From the NCBI GenBank assembly GCA_047967505.1, contig CM106538.1: DNA of 64,000 nucleotides. One strand, 5' to 3'. The notes beneath the pieces are model-generated. The model saw nothing but the letters and a program-made list of their open reading frames with translations. It did not search any database and was not told the origin of the DNA. The position numbers and the translations under genes are program-made. This document shows positions 37,701-52,200 of the stretch, in pieces (within the stretch, counting starts at the first letter, position 1; each line of letters opens with the position of its first letter). Source of the stretch: Dipteris shenzhenensis (Eukaryota).

Positions 37701-40700
37701 CAGGTGGGGGTTCCCTAAATATGTTCTTATATTGCTGTAGCAAATCCAGCATGTCAACATCTTCAACTTTGAAGTCCTTGTCAGATTTTTGAGTGCTTTC
37801 AGCTTCAAGCTTAAGTGCAAATAGACTCACCTCTTTCTTCAAGAGTCTTCTAAGCTGCTTAACAGTGACCAACTGTAATTTCTGAGGATGAATTCCAAAT
37901 AAACAAACTTCCTTAGACCCATCTTGGAAAGTCATGGTCATCCCTTTGAGATCCATGGTGAACTTACCTAGTGTTCCAAGCCAATCATAGCCAAGAATAA
38001 TATCTATAGGACCAAGATTTAATGCAAATAAATCCACAGTACAAGAGTATTCTGAAGAGAGCTTCATATCCACATCTTTGCAAATCCTTTGGCTGGTAAT
38101 GTAGGCTCCATGAGCCACCACCACCTTCAAGTTGTGAGGTAATTCACCACTTGGGAGCTTGAATGATTTAATAGACCTGGAATTTATGAAGCTGTGAGTA
38201 CTTCCTGTGTCCACAAGTACATAGACATCTCTGCCCTTAACTTGCCCTTTGATTCTAAAAGTAGTAGGTCCACTTATCCACTTAGAGCATTGCTGGAAAT
38301 GACATTCAATTCTGACCGAGTATCCCATGCCACTTCTTCATCACTAACAGTTCCATTGCCTTCAGCTTCTCTGCTGGGTTCCCAGCAAGCAAAAGGATCC
38401 TCAAGATGATAGGACTTGTGCCCATTCCTTGCTGCAGTTGCATCTGAAACTGACTGAGCAGCAAATGGTAGTAAATTCCATGTCCTAGAGCTGTCCATGG
38501 CTCTCAACTCACCAAGATTGAGACCCCCAGGATTGAAGACAAAGTTCTCATCCTCTATCTCATCATCTCTTGGAGCTTCTTGACCACAATCATGGTACTC
38601 TTCAGGTTCCTCATACTCCTCCTCAGATTCAAAAACCTTAATGATCATGCTTAGCTTACCTAAGGCTGACTTTGCCTTGCATGATTTGTTGTGATCAACG
38701 CTCCACTTTTCTCCACACCTAAAGCATATTCCCTTCTTTCTCCTCTCATCCATTAGTGATTGGGGAAACTGTTTTTGAACCTCCCTCCTGCCCTTGTCAA
38801 GGGTCTAGATATCTTCCATCAGCTTTGGACTCTTTGGCAACAGGAGTAGTCTTCGAAGCATTGAGGGTAGGATATTTGGGAATTGTTTTACCTAGTACAC
38901 CATAAGCTGAGGCTGATTGAGGAGGCTTATACCCCATTTGAGGTTTCTGCTCACCCATAGACTTCCTCACACGATAATCCATTGTACTTGGCTTCTGGAA
39001 AGTGCCTATCCCAATGACCTTCTCCCTTGGATTATACTTGGGCTTATACAATTCTGCCAGTTGCATGGCTTCCTCCAATGACTTGGGTCTAGAGGCCATC
39101 ACATCAGAAGCAATAGAGGATTGAAGCCCATGAAAAACCTAATCATTCTCTGTTTTTCATATATCCCTCTCACAAACAGGGAAAGCTTCCAAAACTATTT
39201 TATATAGTGCCTAACTGATCCATTTTGAACCAAATCATACAATTGACACAAGTATTGATTTACAACCAAAGGAGAGAGAAAGGTGACGACCATTTCCTGT
39301 TTGAACTCCTCCCATGTGGCCATAGGTAGTCTAAGTCCCCCTTCCACTTCTTGTAAGTAGTGCCTCCACCATGTGTGGGCATAGTCCTCTAAATGTAGGA
39401 CTGCGAATTGAAGTTTGGCGGCATCAGTTCTGGGGCTCAACTTCCAACTTGCTTAGCCACTCATAAAGCTCATTGGTGAGGTGGACTCTCCCTTAAATTT
39501 CAGCAGCACTATTTTGTCCTTGTAGTCCTTGCCCATACTAGAACCTTGCTCCATTTCTTTTTGAATATCAACCTGAGTGGTCTTCACAAACTGAGTGAAA
39601 GACATAGCCTCTTTAACATCTGAATCTAACTGATTATAAGCCATCAACTGTTGTGTCCCAATTTCACCTCTCTTAAGTGACACTTGGTACACCTTCTGGA
39701 ATTAACACATGAGCTGGACTTGTTATTGTAGTACCTGACAGATTTGCATTCCATGGGAGCACATGATAGGAAGGTTGTTGTGGATGAGATCTTCTAGCCT
39801 CTGCCATAATCCACCTTTTCCTGAGTTCAAAACACCCTGATTTGGTTCCATAACCTTCTTGGGAACATCCTCCCTTAGGATGTCCTTCCCTCTAGGTTCA
39901 GCTCTATTCCTCACTTGATTCACATCACTCCTCATATTTCTTAGCTGAGTGAAAGCATAGTCAAACTTAGTCTTGGATTCTCTTTCCACATCATCAAATT
40001 TATGCTCCAACATTACATTGAGCTGCCCAACCAGATAGCTTTTGCTGCTAATCCACAAGATGTTGCATCATTTTATTTTTCTTCTCCATAATACTTTGAT
40101 GTTGCTGCAGCATTGTAGCCAGAAATCCTTCAAGCCTGGAAAGAGGAGACTTGAGAGGTGATTGGAAGGTAGACCTTCTTGCCAATTCCTCATCCTCTGG
40201 CTCTTGCTCACTAATATGGACTTCATCCCCAAGTTCCAAGGCTCCAACATGCTCTTCTGCCTGCCTCATTAACTGAGCTTCATCATACTCCATCTCAGAT
40301 CTTAGATCTTGAGATATTTTCCCCCTTCTGGAATTAGATGCAAATTTCTTTGGTGCCATAAGATTTCCTTGGCTAGGCACGATAGAATAGAGTAAATTGG
40401 CCTACAAAATCAGAAAGCCCCAAAATTTTCAAAGTATCTGATGGGATAATACAACTGCGCCACCTGTAAGCTGAATTTCGAGTAGATTTCAAGGTAAACG
40501 ATCTTCAATGGACTCCAAACTTAGTTCATGTGCTCCAGAGGCTGAGGCGACTCCTTGGAAGTAGACGTATCACTATTTGCAACAGGGAAACCCTAATTCA
40601 AAGCATAAATGCAAGTACAGCCAGTCAAAAACGTTGATAACTCCCCCACTTGGACTCCAATGTATACCGAACTTTAGGAGCAGCCTGTAGAGCCTAGGGT

Positions 40701-41467
40701 GACCAGCTTGGTGCAAGAAATACCAAAATCGAAGCAGTAATCAGCTAGATCACAATTTAGGTCAAATTTGCCTGCGCCAATCAGATTTTCGAGCAACTTC
40801 CTAGTCAAACCTGCACCATTTCGTGTTTCTTGCACATAGGAGTGACCAGGGAAGCAAGCGCTATCCAATGATGCTAAAAGCCACAAATTTTGAGCACTCT
40901 GAAAATTAGGGTCTCTGCACAGTCCGACACGTGGCAGCAGCTGACTGGGACACCTGACCGCGACGAATTTTTGCACAGAAGTAGGGATAGGCCTCAAGAT
41001 GCCATGCTCCAAGTTTCAGCAAGTTTGGACATGATTTACCCCACAATTTCCCATGAAAAGGGCTCTGATACCAAATGTAACAAGGACAACTACTAGACTA
41101 CTAATCTATCACTCTCACTAGAACAGAAAAGATAGAGGGGTAGGGTTAGAGACACTCTCACATGGGAGGGCATGGACTTGCAGCTCCATGCACTGGCTAG
41201 CCATTGCTAGGGGATCCTTCTTGGGATTGAGTCAATCACCAAAGGGAGTAGACTCCAATTTGTATTCTGATCAAAGGTACCTGGAAGTACAACTGAAGCC
41301 CCTTTTTATACTATGGGAAAGTGGGCCAACAACACTAAATGCTTATGGGATAACTCCCAAGGGCTGCCATGTGGCAATACATGATTTAAAGTAGCATTTA
41401 CAAAACGAAATAGTAGTTTCCTACTAAAATAGAGCTAACTACTAAGCTAGAAGTAACTACTGTTACA
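34758..41467 (-). mobile_element. Full-length but decayed chromovirus (Ty3/Gypsy, family B)
   Basis: LTRs 34758-35157 and 41076-41467 (TGTAAC...GTTACA), TSD CACTT, PBS-Met 41062-41073, PPT at about 35158-35167. Gag, protease LVDTGSTHSF, RT (FFDDILIY), RNase H (IDADASG..IGSVL), integrase, and chromodomain ILEKILG..YLIKWKDLPEEEATW. Many frameshifts. Confidence 0.95.
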
Positions 41468-41738
41468 CACTTCATCGTAACTCACCTTGCTTTTCCAACA
41501 TGTTACTTTTCGTCTTGAGTGCTACTAATGCCATTGGAAGGCGTGACTTGTCGGCAAATTCGAAGTACCCCCAACATTGCTCATGCAAGATCTAGATAGT
41601 GAAGAGAATGCTTGTTGAGTTTGACAAGTTTATTTACTCTCTGATGGCCCCATGATGACACTTTCTATCAACTCAAACGCAACTACGAGAGCCAATAGCA
41701 TAGAACATGCACATGACGCATGATTTTAAGGCTCTTTG

Positions 41739-44700
41739 TGTTGGAGAATAGAAGGGAATGAATCACTCAAACCTCCACCCAAGATCTCTCCCACTCTTCT
41801 CTACACTCAACTCAGATAACTGATCACAGATGCAATAAACACTCACTCAGAGATAACTTAAACGGAGAGAGAGAAAGAGTATATTCATCCACCGGAAGGT
41901 GGGCAGAAACTGGCTCCAAGGGAGCAATACAAAACTCAGCACAGTGCTGAGGAAAACTGATGGAACTCTCTCTGTCAAACTGAACCAGCTCTGAGTGCAC
42001 AGCACAGCCTAGAAAGGAGGCTTTCTGTCCTGCACTGGATGCCGGAATGACTGAAGGAGTGGGCCTTTTATAGGCACTGCCCAGGCCCTTTAGGTTGACC
42101 AACCAGCAGGGTGGGTACCCTGTCTGGTGGCTGGCCAGATTGCCCTAAAAATCCGACCAGGGTTGGCCCTGGTCGGTGGCCCTGGTTGGGCCGCCTGGGC
42201 CTGCCACAGGCCCCTATAAAAGGGTGCCCTGTGCAGCCAGTCCATGGGGCTGTAGACGCCTCCAAGGGAGGCACAAGGCCCCCCCTATTTCTCTGCTGTT
42301 GCAGGCAGCAACCAGCCCGTGTGCTGGTTGCCTATGATGTCAACCTGGGTCTCTCTCTTTCCCAGCCCTCCTACCTCTCACTGCCCCTTGTCCCCTCAAA
42401 TCGGGGGCTCACAGGTGGGTGCAGTGAGTTTCTAACACCCCCCCTCAATGTCACAACTGTGGGCCAATCCCCATGCGTTTGATGAGGTGCTCCATCTGTT
42501 CTCGAGGGAGTGCCTTCGTGAAGAGGTCGGACAAATTATCGGCAGTCGGGCAATAGATAAGCTCGATCGCGTCATCGATGATGAGCTCACGAACAAAGTG
42601 GTAATGAACTTCGATGTGCTTGGTCCACGCATGGTACATTGGATTCTTGGCAATGGCTATGCAACTCTGATTGTCACACATCAGCACTGTTGCGTCCTCC
42701 TGACACACGTCCATGTCCTCCAGAATCCACCTCAACCACAGTGTCTCACAAGCTGCTGTACACGCGGCTCTGTAGATGAAAGGGCCACTATGGGTTGCTT
42801 CTTACTCAGCCAAGAGACGGCACTAGATGCAAGTAAGAAACAATACCCTGTTGTCGATCTTCTGGTGTAAGCATCACCTGCCCAATCACTGTCACAGAAC
42901 CCGCCTAGTTCGATGCCTTTGGTGTAGGTGATCCCATATGTGCAAGTACCCTTTAGATACCTCAGCACTCGTAAACCTGCATCCCAATGACTCTTCCTCG
43001 GAGAAGCAGAGAACTAGCATAATAGCCCAACTGCATAACAAATATCAGATCGAGTATTGGTAAGGTAAAGCAAACTTCCTACCAATCGTCGGTACAATGC
43101 AGTATCGACCGAGTGAGATGTGTCGTGAACACTTAGCTTGAGCCCGACCTCCATGGGAGTTAATGCTGTCATGCAATCCTCCATCTGAAATCTCTTCAGA
43201 AGTTCTCTGCAATATTTATCCTGTGAAATGAAGATCCTATCTTTGGCCTGCTTTACTTCAATCCCAAGGAAGTAATGTAATAACCCAAGGTCAGTCATCT
43301 CAAACTCAAACATGAGTAGCTCCTTGACCTGTGAAATCTTCTTGACATGATCACCTGTCAAGATAAGATCATCAACATGGAGGATGAGTACCAGTCACAA
43401 TCCCTTCTCAATGAACAAGTAAAGGTTTGCCTCAGAAGGACTCCAACATAGCCCTATCTTCTGAAAGAATACATCAATCCTTTGGTACCAAGTTCTGGGG
43501 GCATGTTTCAGCCCGTATAACGCCTTCTTCAACCTGCAGACCTTTAATGGGGACCCTAGATCTTGAAAGCCCGGTGGCTGCTCCACGTATACCTCCTCCT
43601 CCAGGGTTCCATTAAGGAATGCGGACTTCACATCCATTTGAAAAATAGGCCGATGGAATTGGGCAGCAAGAGCAATCACTGTCCGGATAGTAACCATGCG
43701 GGCTATGGGAGCAAAAGTTTCATCAAAATCCAAGCCTTCAGTTTGAGCAAAACCTTTGACCACTAACCTTGCTTTATACTTATCCAAGCTACCGTCTGAT
43801 TGGTATTTAAGTTTGTATACCCACTTAGTGCCGATGACTTTCCATCGCGGGGGTCTGGCCACTAAGTCCCAGGTATTGTTCTTCAGATAGCATCCATCTC
43901 TGCCTTCATGGCAGCCTGCCATGGATTGTCCTTCGCCTCCTCGAAGGTCCTTGGCTCGTCAAGCTGAGCCACCAATGCAAAATTCACGAATGGGATCTTT
44001 TGAAGACGTTGAGACCGCTGCAATCCGAAACTGCTAGTCTCAGGTAATTCGGTGACCCAAAACTCTTCCAATGTCCGTAGGTACCATTGGGGCAACTTTT
44101 TCTACTTCTCTGTGGGAGGAGGAACTGGAACTTCTTCCGGAACATCCTGCTCTTCCTGAGTATCTTGTGGAACATCAGCTTCTGATTTGGCCACCTCTTG
44201 GATGGTCAACCTGGGGCGGGGTGGGTTCAGGGGTTGAACAATCTCATCCTCTTCAATCTGCGGCTCCTCCTGGGGTTCAGGTTCCTTTTCCTCGAAGACA
44301 ACATCCCGACTGATAAGGATTTGCTTCTTTACTGGGTCGAACAGTCGATAGGCCTTGGATTCTTCGCTATACCCAACAAAGATACATTTTCTGCTCCGGG
44401 AATCAAGCTTGGTCATGTCTTCCTTGTACACATGCACCCATGCGTTAGAACCAAAAATGCGAAGATGAGTAATAGAGGGCTTCTTACCATAAAATGCCTC
44501 ATGTGCAGTCTTGTCCTTGACGGCCTTCGTCTTGGTCCCGTTGAGAATGTGTACGGCTGTATTGATAGCTTCACTCCAATAGGCTTTAGAAAGGTTCCTC
44601 CCTCGGAGCATAGCAAGCCCTGTCTCTATGGTGGTTCTATGCTTCCTCTCGGCTACCCCGTTTTGCTGAGAAGTATGCGCGGTGGTGAGTTGTCGCTTGA

Positions 44701-47350
44701 TCCCATGCTTGCGACAAAATGTGTTGAACTCATTTGAGGTGAATTCTCCCCCCTGTCTGTGCGAAATGTCTTGACATCCTCCCCTATCTCCTTTTCAACT
44801 CTGGCCTTCCAATCCTTGAACTTCTCGAAAGCCTGAGACTTTTTAGCCAAACAATACACCAAAGGTCATTCTAGTGAAATCATCCACAAAGAGAAGTGAG
44901 TACCTGGATCCTGCCCACGATGCTGTAGACATTGGATCACAAATGTCGGCGTGAACCAACTCAAGTGGTTTGCTGGCCCGAAACGAGGCCTCTTGTGGGA
45001 ACTTATCCATGTGTTGCTTGCCTTCTAGACAAGCCCTACAGACATCATCCTTGCTTGTAATTGGTGGAAGTCCATCTACCATCTTCGACTTTGACATTTC
45101 AGCCAAGATTCCATAGCTGACATGACCGAAGCGCTCATGCCAAAGTTTGGACTTTCCATTCTCTTCATGAACCAACATTACACTGAGACGGTACAGTCCA
45201 TTCTCTTCAATGCCTTGAGCCACCATCTGTCCATTTGCTTTGGATGTCACGGTGACCTTGCCATCTTGAAAGAGAACTACCATGTTGTTTTTATCCATCT
45301 GACTTACAGACAATAAATTCTTACAAATGTTGGTTACATAAAGTACTCCAGAGATATCCTTCTCCTCACCCGCCGTTGTTATGAAAGGAATGCTACCGAT
45401 ACCCTTCACAGGACACGTCTGGCTATCCCCGACAAAAACTTTGGAATCCGGGTGTGTACTTTCCATGGTTTTGAACCAAGTCCTTCTGTTGGACATGTGC
45501 TTGGAAGCACCGCTGCCAACATACCAACCCTCTTTACCTTCACTGACTGCATATGCTGAACAATGTTCACTGATTAAAAATAACTATCCAGTCATCACAT
45601 TGGCAGAATCATTCTTAGGCTCTTCTTTGTTCTTGGCTTCTCTCTTCCGCTTCTTATCTGCTTTCTTCTTTCGGCATTCTTTGGCGGAGTGGCCAAGCTT
45701 TTCACAGTAATAGCACTTCATTTTCTTCTTACGGTCAGCGTCCTCTGACTTCTTGGAATCCTTTAACTTGCCTTTTCCAGGCTTGTCTTTGGCCACTAAT
45801 GCCTTCTCATCGGTTTGCGTAAAGAGTTTCTCTCGAGCCTCCTCCTGAAGCAGGAGTGGGCCAAGCTCCTCAAAGGTGATTGGCTTAGTCCGTTGACCCG
45901 CAGTGACCGTAGTCACAAAACTTTTAAAACTCTGTGGCAACTTGTGGAGTGTGAGCAACGCCAATTGACTCGTGTCCACCTTCTAACCAACCGCTGCGAG
46001 CTGGTCCCGCACGACTTTCACCTTTGTCAGATGATCATGCACACTATCACCCTCATTCATATCAAGATTATAAAGCTGATGCTGAAGAGTAATGATACAG
46101 GCTGTATTATCGGTTTCATACAGCTCCTTCAGTATGCCCACGTCTCTAAAGACGTCTCTGCCAACTGGATATGAGTAATCACAACATCTGTTGTCGTGCC
46201 AATAAGCATTGCTAAGGCTTGAGCATCCCTCTCCTCCCATACACAGAGTTCATCCGCATCTGCTTCAACTAGAACTTCACCTCTTTTGTCCACAATGTCC
46301 TCCGGCTTCTCCTCGGTCCCAATCACAATCTTCCACAGCTTCCGTGCCAACCGATGGCTTCGGATCTTGACTTTCCAAATTGGATAGTTCGTGCCATCAA
46401 GATTTCCAACTTCACCAAAATTGGGAATAAATGAAGAAGGAAGATGACTGGAGAAGGAGAAAGGACGAGCAATGGGTGTAGAGGCTTCTGAACGCTGATC
46501 CATCTTGATGAATAGCAAACTGAAAAAAAAAAACTGAAGCAAAAAAGATGTACTGACCTCCCGTGCTAGCCTGAGCTGAAAACAGAATCGCCTTACTGCC
46601 AAGGGACTCCTTCCTTCAGAGAGTGCTTTGATCAAGAAGAGTTGAGAGCCTATGGCTCTGATACCATGTTGGAGAATAGGAGGGAATGAATCACTCAAAC
46701 CTCCACCCAAGATCTCTCCCACTCTTCTCTACACTCAACTCAGATAACTGATCACAGATGCAATAAACACTCACTCAGAGATAACTTAAACGGAGAGAGA
46801 GAGAGTATATTCATCCACCGGAAGGTGGGCAGAAACTGGCTCCAAGGGAGCAATACAAAACTCGGCAAAGTGCTGAGGAAAACTGATGGAACTCTCTCTG
46901 TCAAACTGAACCAGCTCTGAGTGCACAGCACAGCCTAGGAAGGAGGCTTTCTGTCCTGCACTGGATTGTGGAATGACTGAAGGAGTGGGCCTTTTATAGG
47001 CACTGCCCAGGCCCTTTAGGTTGACCGACCAGCACGGTCGGTACCCTGTCTGGTGGCCGACCAGATTGCCCTGGAAATCCGACCAGGGTTGGCCCTGGTT
47101 GGGCCGACTGGGCCTGCCACAGGCCCCTATAAAAGGGTGCCCTGTGCAGCCAGTCCATGGGGCTGTAGACGCCTCCAAGGGAGGCACAAGGCCCCCCCTA
47201 TTTCTCTGCTGTTGCAGGCAGCAACCAGCCTGTGTGCTGGTTGCCTATGATGTCAGCCTGGGTCTCTCTCTTTCCCAGCCCTCCTACCTCTCACTGCCCC
47301 TTATCCCCTCAAATCGGGGGCTCACAGGTGGGTACAGTGAGTTTCTAACA
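41739..47350 (-). mobile_element. Full-length but frameshifted Ty1/Copia LTR retrotransposon
   Basis: LTRs 41739-42437 and 46667-47350 (TGTTGG...CTAACA), TSD CTTTG, PBS-Met 46655-46666, PPT 42438-42445. Gag with CYYCEKLGHSAKEC, integrase (LWHERFGH, ELVHADIC), RT (QMDVKSAFLNG), RNase H (CDSDWAG, TKHIEVHYHF) in Copia order. Confidence 0.97.
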
Positions 47351-47592
47351 CTTTGTAGGTGATGGTAGGAAGAGCAATACTAATTATTGCATGAGTGCAT
47401 GATGAAGATAATTGTATAATTTGTTAAGGGACCCATGAGATTTCAAGATTTAGCCTACCAAGTATTCTATTTCCTCACAAGTGCTTAGCAAATGAGATTT
47501 TAAAGGATACGCTAGGCTCAAGATTTCCCTTCCTTTGACCATAGAATTTATATTGGTGCACAAGCTATCACATGTTATTTTGTTTACTGCCA

Positions 47593-47940
47593 TGTCCTTA
47601 AGATCCACATTTGAAAAACAGACATTATTAACATGCTGTGTCCTTAAGATCCACATTTGAAAAACAAACATTATTAAATGTCTCCAAGAAATTAATATCA
47701 AACATAAAAATGTTATTTGATGTCTGAAAATCCATTATAATTATGCATTGAACTTACTCAAAATTGTTAGGGCATCATGAATTTTTAAAATTACAAAACT
47801 ACAACCTTCAAAGCAAGTAATGGTGGAAAGGCTTTCTATTATGCATATGATACCCGGTCTTGTTCTATCACATACAAAGCAAGTAATGGTGGCAAGGCTT
47901 TCTATTATGCATATGATACCCGGTCTTGTTCTTTCACATA
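47593..47940. repeat. Two small tandem duplications (about 46 bp x2 at 47593-47680; 66 bp x2 at 47809-47940)
   Basis: tgtccttaagatccacatttgaaaaaca.acattattaa twice, and caaagcaagtaatggtgg..cttgttct.tcacata twice. Confidence 0.85.
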
Positions 47941-49294
47941 CAATGAGCTGCCACTAAAATATAACGCTACTCATCAATAATTAAACTTAAACCATGTATG
48001 AACATAGGGCCTCCATAGAGATCGTCCTATATTCAATGGAAATGGTGAGGCATCCACTAATTTTAACACACATCCAATCGCCACTTCCCTGTACACAATA
48101 CTCTTTGGTTTTCGATATTGAGCATCCTTGTATTTAGTCAAATTCCATGCTCATCAACTACAAGTTTTCTGCTGGACAAGGTCTTTTGCATGTCTTTACA
48201 TAGCCTCGTGACACCCAAAAAAGCTTGAAGTAAATTTGCTTACACATGCAAGCGCATTCATGCACGCGAATTTCGAACTACAAAGTGTTTTTTTTTTAAA
48301 AGTTTGCTTCCACATGTTCATATTTGCAAATTTTGAATAATTGGTGCAAGAGGCCCAGAAATACTTCTTTCATTATACTTGGAAATGGTCACGTAGATAT
48401 TACTTTGTGCAGCTTTGTCTTATAGCATCTTGCAAAGAAGGACAGACAGTGTGATAAAGGCCACCAAAATGCAAACAAAATGCTTTTCTTATAAGCCTTA
48501 CATCCAATGTATGCAGGCCTTTGAACTTTATTTGAATTGGAGGAGGGAATCAACCCAATTAAAAGATATTGGATCTTTCACAAAAGAAGACATGCCTGTG
48601 CACTTTCGTAGAGTTCAACCAAATCACCTTGGGTATCTCCTCGAGGATCATGCCAAGCAGTGAACTGAAAGCACGCTATCTAAGAGGAAAAAAATTACTA
48701 GGGCACAGGCCCACACAGCAACTGACACTAACAACTCACTCAACAAAATTTATCACTTGATAATTGGCCAACTATAACATACTGCAACCGAATGCCAAAC
48801 AACAGTCAGGAATCAGGGGCTTGAGCAATGAAGCATCTGGTATGAAGTTAGATAAGAGTTCAGCCATTGACAGATATCAAACTATACAAGTCGCAATTTC
48901 AAAAAGGTGAAAGTCTGACAAAAGAAATTTTGAGTCAATAATCATTCTGCACCTAAACCATACCCCACCCCATGTCAAAGAAGCCTTGATATAACATTAG
49001 TGTAGCATTCAACTAACAATGCCTACTGTAAGCAGCCACATAGTTGGAATTAGATCATCCTTGACAGACCAAGTCAATATACAGAACTGCTCACTGAGAA
49101 ATACCTTCTCTACAAAACAGAGCTGCCGCTGATAAATTGTCATTGTTGTACGAGGTTGTCCTAAATCTTCCTCATCAAGTTATCAAAGGCCAAACCAGTC
49201 ACTAATTACACCGAATCCCCCAGTTTACACAGTGGCTATTTCTGGATATGTGTTTAACTCGATGTGATCCAAGCCATGCGCATGAACAAAACTG

Positions 49295-52200
49295 TCACAA
49301 TAAATGTGCATTACAAATCTCTCTGTAGACCATGTCGATGAAGTAATCATTCTGCAGAGAACATGAAAAATCAGATGTAAAGTGAGGATTAGCAGGCAGC
49401 TTATAAGGGTAACTCCAGATCATCACTGCTTAATTGAATGTGTCACATGCCTGAGATTCAACACAACCCCAAAGAACAGCTTTAGCAGAAAGTACATGTG
49501 CGTGTGTGCATGAATTGGGGGTTTGGGGTGGGGGGAGGGAGAGAGTGCGAGACCTGAACTAGCCGACAAAGGGCATCTCGTATGCCATCTTTGGTAATGA
49601 TAAGCCCATGAGCAGGATTTGATGGAGCAAGGGAAGGAGGAGGTGCAGGTGGAGGAAAAGGTTGGAGCAAAGGTGCACCGTGATAAGGTTGAAGAGGGGG
49701 GGTAACAGGCCCAAGAGGCGGTGCCATGGGGGCTGATGAAAGTGGTGGTGGAACAAAAAACGAGGGCTTCAGAAGACTGGTGTGAGTAGAATTGCCAGTC
49801 TCCAGCGCATCCAGGGAGAGAGGAGGAACAGGCCCATGAGGTGCCAATGAAGAGGGATGTTTGGGGGATGATAAAGGCATAGGGTTCAAAATGGGTGACG
49901 TAACAGAAGACTGGTGGATAGACAAAGGGTGTGTTGCTGTTAGCGATCGAACTGTTGTAGAACCCAGGTCAGTAGTATTGAGATGTACAGTATTCTGCAA
50001 AACAAAAAGATGATCACAAAAACCCAAGGTCAACTCATACTACTGCAACAAAAAGCAAAACTAACATCCACAATATTCAGAAAAGATGAGGACAAATAAA
50101 ACAAACCACAAAGCTTATGAGAGAAGTTACACTGAAGAAGTGTTCCAAAGATTGGCCAGAAACCTCTGGTAACGTTGGTGGAACAGACCCTTTAGGTTCT
50201 AGAGGACCCTCGACAATTGCAGGAGTGGGGACTGCCTCTAGCTCCTGAAACTCATTGCTGCATTCAAAAACCAAACATAGAGGATACCCTTGTAAACCTT
50301 GTTCATTGTTTTTAAAATAGTGAATGCAAATATTCTTTCAAGGTTTTAAAGCAAAGATCTACAATAAAGTGGGTTTGTCCATATGGAGCTTAGCATTCAC
50401 ACTTGCCAAAGCCTGAAGGCCAGCCTGATCATATTCTGAACTCTGCTTGTGAGGTTACCATAAAAGTATAGAACATCAACAATATATTGCTTATAAAGAC
50501 ATAACTAGAATTGAAGGCAATGCCAATGCCGTAAAAGAGATTGCAACCCTGAGTCAATGGCATTCCTGCGACATTCAGGGTAAGTTCAAAGGACCACTGA
50601 AAAGGGATATTAAAGGCACAACCACCTCATCAAGACAAACGTGTCTACTAAAGATTACATGACCCCAGAATGCCTTATGTAACCAAGAGAAATGCTTCTC
50701 TAAAAGACCATCAAATCCTTTGTAGATGCTGACATCATACATGCATTACCCTCCAACATTATGCACCAAGAATAAGAGTTTTAAGGATACTGAGCGTACA
50801 TACACCATCAGATTCTATAGAGTAAAAAGCTCACTGACAACCGTTTTATCAATTACAGGTTGCCTGGAAAAGGGTCAATTTAACCAGTACTCGGATGCCT
50901 AAGATGCAAGGCAGGATTGGCCCATCGTTCCAGACCTTTGTTCAAACTGCTACAGGCTTATGGTTCTTTGAGAGGGCTGGCTGTTCACTTCATGTGATTT
51001 CGAAGACTAAACTTTGACTCCCGGTTACACAAATCAAGACTAGCTAACGTTACCTGCAGCTTCACAACAACTACATGATCCAGAAATTTTAAGGCATAGA
51101 CAAAAACGATTATCATCTGCTCAGGAAGTCATTGAACAATTTCGTTCTTATGCTTGTAGAATGCCCAAGCATATACAATCCAAGGCTCCCACCGAAATAT
51201 CTGCCCTTCAAACAAGCCATCGCTGCCAGTATGTGAGGTCACCAGGCTTGGATGCTTTTTAGTTAAGTAAACACAAAATAAGACCTGACTTTAATGACAC
51301 CGAACAATGCAATGTGCAATTGAAGCTGTCTTGAAAATGAATGGTGATTAAATGTATGGAATCACCATAACTAAAACTACCTCTACCACTTAAAAGGCCT
51401 TGTCACAAATATTGTAATAAATATAAGCTCTATAAATATATATATGCATTTGTAAGACTCGGTAGGCATGACGAACACTTGGCTTACGTGCATTGAACAA
51501 TCCTACTTGATGCAGTGCAAATACACACTGCACGGAAGCCCCCATACAAGAATATAACAAGCTTGTACTGTTACCAAAAATTCATTATGCCCCCCTATGT
51601 AGTTCTCTTTGTAGCTAGTTTACACAGTTTGATCTGCAGGTTTAAGTAGATATCAGTAGATCGTATATTCTTTCATGCTTCCTGAACTTAGCATCAGCTT
51701 TGCATGGCGATCTCACTCTCTTTCAAAAAAATGAGATAAATTAGGAAAGTATACATAAAATCTGAGCTGCATGGTTGGAAGGAGGTACTGATTACACACA
51801 TCCCAAAGTACAATTAGTGGAAGGGTTTGTCAATCTAGCATTGCTATCAAAACATGTGCAGCTCAAAAGAATGATAAAATGAAACACGAACCAATAATCG
51901 AAAGGATGTAAAGTCTAGTCTTGCACAACATACACTGCTAGCTTATACATTAGGTAAGGATTGTAGACAGAACTCCCTGATTTGTACTCAGTTCTCCTCA
52001 CCAATCTTTCTGCGATACTTGAAAATTTCCTCGCACAGCTTCTTGGTGCATTGACCATGTCGAAAAATAACAGAAATTACAGATGAGGGCAGACAGCTCC
52101 TGTCCCTTTAAGCCCATTACATTCACAAGACCAGAATACATATTGTATTACAGATTGAGAAGGCAAGGGTAAGAAAGAAAAGAATAGAGTGGGAGTGGTA

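Noticed and set aside
41824-42482. ORFs duplicated at 46786-47362
   Set aside because: Chance ORFs inside the two Copia LTRs.
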